NCBI GenBank assembly: GCA_003331635.1
Contig: QOPH01000003.1
Coordinates: forward strand, 3,145 to 67,144
DNA from: SAR86 cluster bacterium
Lineage (GTDB): Bacteria > Pseudomonadota > Gammaproteobacteria > Magnimaribacterales > TMED112
DNA: 64,000 nucleotides
Direction: 5' to 3'
The stretch's first letter is position 1; each line of letters begins with the position of its first letter. The translations under genes were made by a program, and so were the position numbers. The notes beneath the pieces are model-generated. The model ran no database searches. It was given only the letters and a program-made list of their open reading frames with translations, and had not been told where the DNA came from. This document shows positions 57,939-64,000 of this stretch, piece by piece.

Positions 57939-59917
57939 TTTGTAACCTCCATTACATATTTTTCTGTTAAAACTTCATTTAAAATTATAGGCTGTTCTAG
58001 ATTTTTATTCCAAAATACATACACAGGAACACCAGATCTACGATATTTTTTTAATTCTTGGAAAATTTCATCACTTCTATTTGTCCAGTCAGCCTTGAAA
58101 TATTTTATATTTCTTTTATCAAATTCTTTTAATGTTCTCTCTGTCAATGCAACTCTCTCATTTACCTGACAAGTAATACACCAAGCTGCAGTAAAGTTAA
58201 TGAAATATGCTGAACCTTGATTTCTAAGGGAAATTTCTCTTTCTTTAGTCCAAGAGTTTTCATTAACCAAGGTTTCTACACCTTTCTGCTTAAAACCCCA
58301 GTCAAGAAAAATTATAGTTGAGAATAAAATTACTAAAGAACTTAAGTATTTAATTGGTTTTGAAATTTTGAGAGGTAAAAACCATATGAAAAAAGAAATG
58401 ACTAGCCAAACTATTAGTATTGTAAGAAGTGAGTTTGTCTCCACTTGGTTTGATAATACCCAAAATAACCAGATTGCTGTTCCAAACATTAAGAATGAAA
58501 AAAATTGTTTTAAATGTTTCATCCACTCTCCAGGTTTTGGTAAGAATTCAACAAGTCTTGGGAAAATTGCAATTAGAAAATATGGTAATGCAAATCCAAG
58601 TCCAAGGAATAGAAAAATTAGCATTGAAAAAGTATTAGATTGCACTAATGCATATCCTAGCGCTGCACCCATAAATGGGGCAGTACATGGTGAAGCAACT
58701 AAAACTGATAAAACTCCAGTCAAAAATGAGCCCGATGCACTAGAAGTATTATTAAAATTTTCTAGTTTTGTTAAGCTGTTGCCAAAATTGATATCTGTAA
58801 AAAGGATAAGCCCAATTACAAACATTAAAGTACTTAGAAAACCAACGATTATTGGAGATTGTAACTGATAGCCCCAACCAATATTTTCACCTGCTCCCTT
58901 CAATGCAATCAAAATTCCTGCAATACCTAAAAAAGTTGCTAAAACACCGAATACGTAAAGAGAAGCATTTAAAGTAATTGAGCTATTAGAATTTTGTGAA
59001 TTCTTAATGAGAGAAAAGGCCTTTAAAGCAATTACTGGCAGAACGCATGGCATTAGGTTAAGTATCAAACCTCCAATAAAAGCGAAAAATAAAGCTGTCA
59101 TTAAACTTATCTCGGCTAAAGAACTTTCTAAAACAGATGGTGTAATTTTAATTGTTTCATTAATTTCGCTAAACCCATTTTTTGAGGATATAACTCCAGA
59201 AATTTGTCCATCAAAAGTATCCAACATGGAAAGAGCTAGTGAGTTTTCTTGTGTTTGATTTTTAATTGAAATTTTTTGTGCAACTGAATAATCGATTACA
59301 CCATCTATGTATGGATAAAAATATGAGCTTTCATCGATTTGATCTGAAATTATCTCCAGGACGCCACTCTGGCTCGGAAAAACTATCTTTACCGGAGGTC
59401 CTCTTGTGGGAACAATAGATTTCCATCTCAAAAGCTCATTTGGGGCTTCTTTAATATTTAAAATCCCATTTTTTAACTCTAAAGAGAAAGAATCATTTTG
59501 TGGTATGCAAATATCATCACAAACTAAAAATTTTGTTTTTATTTCTATTTGAGAATCTTCTAAGTTATTTAGAGTTAGCTTAAAAGGAATAACCAAATCA
59601 TTTTTAAATCCATATGTCATGAGAGGAGGGTATGGAATCTTTTGAGGTCCAGGCCAGGTTATGTCAGAAATAACTAAATTAGAATTATTTTTATATTCAA
59701 ATACAGCAGGTCCTCCAGAATCACCGGCATTTAACCAATACGTATGCCAACCATCTTTTAAAGCGAATTTAAAACCCAGCTCGATTGATCCAGGTTGATT
59801 TATTAAATTGTTTTTACCTATAACAGAAAATGAAGAGTATTCATTTTGAACACTGCTTTGAACACTTATACCTAATATAACTAGAAGATATAAAAATAAT
59901 TTCGTTATAGATTTCAT
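57935..59917 (-). CDS. dsbD: Protein-disulfide reductase DsbD (ScsB-like architecture)
   Basis: N-domain 'GWH.YW..AGDSG' and CDDIC, TM cysteines MPCVLP and SPCTAP, C-terminal AAWCITC. Confidence 0.9.
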   Translation of the reverse strand: MKSITKLFLYLLVILGISVQSSVQNEYSSFSVIGKNNLINQPGSIELGFKFALKDGWHTYWLNAGDSGGPAVFEYKNNSNLVISDITWPGPQKIPYPPLMTYGFKNDLVIPFKLTLNNLEDSQIEIKTKFLVCDDICIPQNDSFSLELKNGILNIKEAPNELLRWKSIVPTRGPPVKIVFPSQSGVLEIISDQIDESSYFYPYIDGVIDYSVAQKISIKNQTQENSLALSMLDTFDGQISGVISSKNGFSEINETIKITPSVLESSLAEISLMTALFFAFIGGLILNLMPCVLPVIALKAFSLIKNSQNSNSSITLNASLYVFGVLATFLGIAGILIALKGAGENIGWGYQLQSPIIVGFLSTLMFVIGLILFTDINFGNSLTKLENFNNTSSASGSFLTGVLSVLVASPCTAPFMGAALGYALVQSNTFSMLIFLFLGLGFALPYFLIAIFPRLVEFLPKPGEWMKHLKQFFSFLMFGTAIWLFWVLSNQVETNSLLTILIVWLVISFFIWFLPLKISKPIKYLSSLVILFSTIIFLDWGFKQKGVETLVNENSWTKEREISLRNQGSAYFINFTAAWCITCQVNERVALTERTLKEFDKRNIKYFKADWTNRSDEIFQELKKYRRSGVPVYVFWNKNLEQPIILNEVLTEKYVMEVTK

Positions 59918-59925
59918 AAAGTATA

Positions 59926-59941
59926 GGGCGGTCTCCCGCCC
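59926..59941 (-). terminator. GC-rich hairpin between hsp20 and dsbD (terminator or mRNA stability element)
   Basis: Minus strand GGGCGG-GAGA-CCGCCC (GNRA loop) followed by UAUACUUU, 8 nt before the dsbD ATG. The U-tract is weak. Confidence 0.55.
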
Positions 59942-59946
59942 CGTAG

Positions 59947-60363
59947 TTATTTTACCTCAATTACACGAGGTTTTTTATGGTCAGGTACTACTCTTTCAAG
60001 GTTAACAGTAAGTAAACCATTTTTTATTGCAGCACCTAAAACTTCAAGATCTTCTGCTAAAGTAAATTTTAGCTTGAATGCTCTTTTGGCTATGCCTTTG
60101 TGCAATGCTTCTTCAGCAGAATCGTCCTCCTTAGGACCATCATGCTTAATTGTCAGCACTCCATCACACAGCTCAATATCAACATCTTTTTTATCGATGC
60201 CTGCTAGAGCAATTTCTATCTTAAACTTAAGCCCATCCTTAAAAATATTGTAAGGTGGGTAACCAGATTGAGACTCATTAGAAATTCTTTCGAGTCTATC
60301 TACGAGTGTTTCAAAACCTAAAACTCGGTTTGAAAACATTGGATCAGTAAAATTTATTAACAT
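59947..60363 (-). CDS. ibpA: Small heat shock protein IbpA/Hsp20
   Basis: 'GYPPYNI', 'IEIALAG', 'LHKGIAKRAF...F.LA', 'NGLL...LER.VP...KPR.I'. RBS AAGGAGG. Confidence 0.93.
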   Translation of the reverse strand: MLINFTDPMFSNRVLGFETLVDRLERISNESQSGYPPYNIFKDGLKFKIEIALAGIDKKDVDIELCDGVLTIKHDGPKEDDSAEEALHKGIAKRAFKLKFTLAEDLEVLGAAIKNGLLTVNLERVVPDHKKPRVIEVK

Positions 60364-60420
60364 AATGTCCTCCTTATAAGCGACTAGTTAATTAATTGCT
60401 GGCCTCACCCGAGCACCAAC
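60361..60420 (-). promoter_or_regulatory. ROSE-like RNA thermometer in the hsp20 5' UTR
   Basis: UCGCU motif with bulged G pairs with the SD (GUC-G-CUU/GAGGAC). An upstream hairpin GUUGGU-G-CUC-GGGU-GAG-GCCAGC is also present. Confidence 0.7.
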
Positions 60421-60469
60421 ATCATTTAATTTATAGATAAGTTTTAAAAAATCAAGCTTTTTTTTTATA

Positions 60470-60533
60470 AATGTAACCTATACTTCTCAAAATATTGATT
60501 TTTATTGAAATAATGAGTAGTATAAGTTACATT
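60470..60533. promoter_or_regulatory. 20-bp inverted repeat pair overlapping a sigma70-like promoter of the XRE gene
   Basis: AATGTAACCTATACTTCTCA (60470-60489) and TGAGTAGTATAAGTTACATT (60514-60533), 18/20 match. TTGAAA(60505)-N17-TACATT(60528). Confidence 0.6.
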
Positions 60534-60556
60534 ATTATTTAACAAGGAAAATATAC

Positions 60557-60814
60557 ATGGGTAAAAATCATAAAGATTTAGAAATCCTGCTAACGCTTAA
60601 AAGAAAAGAGGCTGGTATAACTCAGGCTGTTTTAGCAGAGGCTGTACAGGTATCACGTAAAAGTATCAATGCAATTGAGAATGGAATTTATATTCCCTCT
60701 ACAGTATTATCATTAAAGATTGCTACAATATTGAATTGTAAAGTTGAGGACTTATTTAAATTACATGAGGGAACTTTTCCTCTTATGATTAATCAAAGTA
60801 AATATGAGCAATAA
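60557..60814 (+). CDS. XRE-family HTH transcriptional regulator
   Basis: 'RKEAGITQAVLAEAVQVSRKSINAIENG.Y.PS..L.LKIA..L...VEDLF'. Confidence 0.9.
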   Translation: MGKNHKDLEILLTLKRKEAGITQAVLAEAVQVSRKSINAIENGIYIPSTVLSLKIATILNCKVEDLFKLHEGTFPLMINQSKYEQ

Positions 60815-61298
60815 ACTTAAAATATTTTTAACCTTTTCTTTAGTCTTTCTAACTAGCTGTGCTACTGGTGGATTCAAGCCAAACGTTGTGCCTAGAGATG
60901 CAGCAGGAAAATCTCAAATAGTCCTCTCAGGCACTGTTGTATCAGTCAAAGAGGTAATTATAGAGGGGGATAGGGATGTTGGAACTGCATCGGGTTCTGT
61001 AATTGGTGCAATCGTAACAGGATCAGCTGCAAAAAGATCAGCTGACGGTGATGGAGATACATCGGAGTTAATTGGTGGATTAGTTGGAGGGCTGGTTGGT
61101 TCAGTTGTTGGAAGTGAAGTAGGAGAGTCTCTATCAAGAAAGAAGGGGCTAGAGTTAATAATTCTTCTTGAAAATAATGGAAAAGAAATTTCAGTTGTGC
61201 AAGAAATATCAGAAGACCTAAACTATAATTTCCGTAAAGGAGATGAAGTTAGAATTATCAGGTCTGCCGGCAGAACGAGAGTAGTTCCACTTGAATAA
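60804..61298 (+). CDS. SlyB-like glycine-zipper outer membrane lipoprotein
   Basis: Lipobox LTSC, 'GTVVSV', glycine zipper GGLVGGLVGSVVG, 'VVQ......F..GD.VR'. Confidence 0.8.
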   Translation: MSNKLKIFLTFSLVFLTSCATGGFKPNVVPRDAAGKSQIVLSGTVVSVKEVIIEGDRDVGTASGSVIGAIVTGSAAKRSADGDGDTSELIGGLVGGLVGSVVGSEVGESLSRKKGLELIILLENNGKEISVVQEISEDLNYNFRKGDEVRIIRSAGRTRVVPLE

Positions 61299-61301
61299 GA
61301 A

Positions 61302-61736
61302 TTGCCAGAAGTAAATCTTTGGAATAAAGCGCTAGATATCCTATCAAGAAGGGAGCACTCCATTTCACAATTAAAAAGCAAAATTCAAAAGTTTCAGGAT
61401 AACGAAGAACAAATTCAAGAGCTTATAAATAAACTCATTGATAAAAATTTGTTATCAGATAAGCGATTTGCTGAATCTCTTATAAAATCCAAAAGTGAAG
61501 CAGGTTATGGCCCAAATTACATAGAACAACTTCTCCAGAAAAATTCAATCTCAAATAATGATTACGATTTATATTCGCTCAATATTGATTGGCATGCTAT
61601 TTGTAAAAATGTTGCAGAAAAAAAAATGGGTAACAAAAAACTTAATTACGAAGATAAGCAAAAGATTTTGAGATTTTTGTCCTACCGAGGTTTCACTTAT
61701 GAAATAATAAAAGGTTCAACAAATCTTGATATATGA
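61302..61736 (+). CDS. recX: Regulatory protein RecX
   Basis: 'ALDILSRREHS..QL..K', 'LSD.RFAES', 'GYGP..I...L..', 'RFL.YRGF'. Confidence 0.9.
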   Translation: MPEVNLWNKALDILSRREHSISQLKSKIQKFQDNEEQIQELINKLIDKNLLSDKRFAESLIKSKSEAGYGPNYIEQLLQKNSISNNDYDLYSLNIDWHAICKNVAEKKMGNKKLNYEDKQKILRFLSYRGFTYEIIKGSTNLDI

Positions 61737-63307
61737 CTTTAGCAACAAAATATAGACCAAAATCTTTTTCAGAAGTAATAGGACAAGATCATGCAGTGGT
61801 TGCTTTAAGAAATATTATTAAAAATCAAAAAATTCATAACGGTTATATTTTTTCTGGTACAAGAGGAATTGGTAAAACATCGCTTGCTAGACTATTTGCA
61901 AAAGCACTAAACTGCCATCAATATGATTTAGATAACGGCGATGTTTGCAATAACTGCCCTAGCTGCATAGATATACAAAATAACTCACATTTAGATTTAA
62001 TAGAAATTGACGCAGCATCAAATAGCAAAGTTGAGGAAATGAGAGAGCTGCTAGACAGCGTTCAATTCAGTCCTTCAAATGGGAAATACAAAATCTATCT
62101 TATAGATGAGGTTCATATGCTCTCTAAAAATGCATGGAATGCTATGCTGAAGACTTTAGAGGAACCCCCTGAACATGTTGTATTTTTAATGGCAACTACA
62201 GAGTCAGATAAAATACCTAAAACAATTATATCGAGATGCTTACAATTTAACTTAAAGATTGTTTCGGATAATTCTATTGCAGAGAACATAAAAAATATTT
62301 TTAAAAAAGAAAATATTTCATTTGATGATGGTGCAATAGATTTATTGGTTGAATTAGCTGGAGGATCAATTAGAGACTCAATTACTCTTGCAGATCAGGC
62401 TGCTTTTCAATGCAATAACAATATAACTGAGGCAGAGATGTCAAAATTTCATGGCCTAATAGATAAATCATCTGTAGATAAATTATTAAGTGATATTTCA
62501 GAAAATAATGTCGAGAACATTATCAACGAACTAAAACGTTTTTATGACCTCGATACAAACTATCAAATTCTTTTTGAGAGAGTTTTAGCTGAATTACATA
62601 AACAAATAATTCAAGAGATGTTAAAAGGAAATGATCCTCAGGATGCTCATTTATATCATCAATTTTTCAATTCTGGATTTAATGAGTCACAAATTTCTGG
62701 AAGAGCAAGAGAAGCATTTGAAATAAGTGTTTTGAAATGTTTATCATTCAGAGATAGCAGAAAAAACTCTACCGAAGAAATTAAAGACGATTCAAAAAAA
62801 AAGTCTGAAGACCAATCAATAGAACATTCCAAGAAAACTAAATCTAAAATACCAGAAAAGTCTGAGGAAAATATTGAAATAGAGGAATCAAAGCAAACAA
62901 ATGAAGAAAAAAAATTAGATCCTAAATTGTGGTTCGAAACTTTTGAAAGTCTTGATATTGTTGGGCCTACCAGAACTCATTTTGCAAATCTCGAGATAAA
63001 AGGATCATCCGATAACAAAGTAATTTTTATTGGAGAAAAGATGTTTGCAAAAAGAATAAAAGAAAATAATATTTCTGAATTAAAAAAATCCCTTGAAAAT
63101 GCAGGTTTTGGTAACCTTGATATAGAAATTGAGGAGATAGATAAGGTAATTGATACACCCTCAAATAACTGGAAGAAAAAAAGAAAAGAACAAATTGAAG
63201 ATTTTCAAAAAGAGATAATTAACAGCTCTCTTATTAAAAATTTACAAGAAAATTATGACAAGACTTTAAATAAAGAGAAACTAATAATTATTGACCATGA
63301 AGAATGA
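61733..63307 (+). CDS. dnaX: DNA polymerase III subunit gamma/tau
   Basis: 'LA.KYRP..F..VIGQ', GTRGIGKT, Zn module, IEIDAAS, IDEVHML, KTLEEPP, SRC, GS.RD. Confidence 0.96.
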   Translation: MTLATKYRPKSFSEVIGQDHAVVALRNIIKNQKIHNGYIFSGTRGIGKTSLARLFAKALNCHQYDLDNGDVCNNCPSCIDIQNNSHLDLIEIDAASNSKVEEMRELLDSVQFSPSNGKYKIYLIDEVHMLSKNAWNAMLKTLEEPPEHVVFLMATTESDKIPKTIISRCLQFNLKIVSDNSIAENIKNIFKKENISFDDGAIDLLVELAGGSIRDSITLADQAAFQCNNNITEAEMSKFHGLIDKSSVDKLLSDISENNVENIINELKRFYDLDTNYQILFERVLAELHKQIIQEMLKGNDPQDAHLYHQFFNSGFNESQISGRAREAFEISVLKCLSFRDSRKNSTEEIKDDSKKKSEDQSIEHSKKTKSKIPEKSEENIEIEESKQTNEEKKLDPKLWFETFESLDIVGPTRTHFANLEIKGSSDNKVIFIGEKMFAKRIKENNISELKKSLENAGFGNLDIEIEEIDKVIDTPSNNWKKKRKEQIEDFQKEIINSSLIKNLQENYDKTLNKEKLIIIDHEE

Positions 63308-63902
63308 CTCTGATCTGTTAAATGAATTAATAAATGCTTTAACTATTTTGCCTGGCGTCGGCATCAAATCTGCACAAAGAATGGCATTTAATTTGCTTGA
63401 AAAAAATAGGGATAAAGCCAAAAATTTATCTGATCTACTAAGGTTAGCAACCGAACAAATAAGAAATTGCAACCAATGTAGAAATTTAACTGAGCAAAGC
63501 ATCTGTAATATATGCAGTGATGAAAAAAGAGATCAAAATATGCTATGTATAGTTGAAAATCCTTCAGATGTACTTGCAATAGAAAATTCTGGAACCTTTA
63601 AGGGTAAATATTTTGTTTTGATGGGCAGACTTTCTCCAATAGATGGCTTGGGCCCTGGAGAATTAGGCATTCCTAAATTAATCCAACAAATTACTAATTC
63701 AAATATTAAAGAAATAATAGTTGCAACTAGTCCAACAGTGGAGGGGGACGCAACATCATTCTATATTAAAGATCAGATCACAAAAGAAGAAGTTAAAGTC
63801 ACTAGAATAGCCTATGGAGTTCCAATGGGAGGGGAATTGGAGTATGTTGATAATACTACTTTAGGCAGAGCTATTCAGGGTAGAAGAGAAATCAAAGAAT
63901 GA
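63291..63902 (+). CDS. recR: Recombination mediator RecR
   Basis: LPGVG.KSAQRMA, C..C..C.IC zinc finger, 'CIVE', 'GRLSPIDG', ATSPTVEG, 'GGELEY.D'. Confidence 0.96.
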   Translation: MTMKNDSDLLNELINALTILPGVGIKSAQRMAFNLLEKNRDKAKNLSDLLRLATEQIRNCNQCRNLTEQSICNICSDEKRDQNMLCIVENPSDVLAIENSGTFKGKYFVLMGRLSPIDGLGPGELGIPKLIQQITNSNIKEIIVATSPTVEGDATSFYIKDQITKEEVKVTRIAYGVPMGGELEYVDNTTLGRAIQGRREIKE

Positions 63903-64000
63903 GTATTAAATCTGATAATTGGATTATTGAACAGGCAGAAAAAAATCAGCTTATTAAACCTTTTGAAAAAGAGCAAATTAGAGAAGTTGATAATAAAAAA
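63899..64000 (+). CDS. dcd: dCTP deaminase, N-terminal fragment (runs off the window)
   Basis: Manual translation MSIKSDNWIIEQAEKNQLIKPFEKEQIRE matches the proteobacterial Dcd N-terminus. ATGA overlap with recR. Confidence 0.8.
   Translation, partial: MSIKSDNWIIEQAEKNQLIKPFEKEQIREVDNKK

Noticed and set aside
60425-60460. Possible sigma32 promoter for hsp20 (CTTGAT on the minus strand)
   Set aside because: The -35 is plausible but there is no CCCCAT-like -10 at the proper spacing, so it cannot be supported.
308-63579. Remaining short (60-180 aa) ORF-track entries overlapping longer genes, e.g. 5546-6088, 25999-26463, 45044-45472, 58368-58868
   Set aside because: They are antisense or alternate-frame shadows of well-supported genes, with no motifs or RBS.

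Overview
AT-rich (roughly 30-33% GC by eye), very gene-dense bacterial chromosome segment with many overlapping stop/start codons. The smc-zipA-ligA gene order, TonB receptor and lipid/sulfate-ester catabolism point to a streamlined marine gammaproteobacterium, SAR86-like (inference, not a database result). Core genes sit at both ends: ccmF/G/H-smc-zipA-ligA on the left and hsp20, recX-dnaX-recR-dcd on the right. Between them are about 50 kb of mostly accessory metabolism: tRNA-Leu(TAG), alternative oxidase plus pseudoazurin, a fused indolepyruvate oxidoreductase, putA, a LysR/acyl-CoA dehydrogenase/haloalkane dehalogenase operon, tRNA-Val(GAC), an atu-like acyl-CoA carboxylase cluster, a GST-sulfatase-TonB receptor-GH3-sulfatase locus and a YwaF-GMC-YwaF-birA operon. 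No integrase, transposase, prophage, rRNA or CRISPR array was seen. Most notable: (1) a 734-aa Smc in its canonical locus with intact ATPase motifs but no recognisable hinge and roughly half-length arms; (2) an AOX-pseudoazurin operon; (3) a GMC oxidoreductase between two TMEM164/YwaF-like paralogues; (4) a TMEM65-like small membrane protein; (5) an MFS gene that appears to start at ATC; (6) a CXCXR sulfatase; (7) a nested, slightly diverged 144-bp duplication at the putA 3' end; (8) a ROSE-like thermometer before hsp20. All product calls come from motif recognition by eye.
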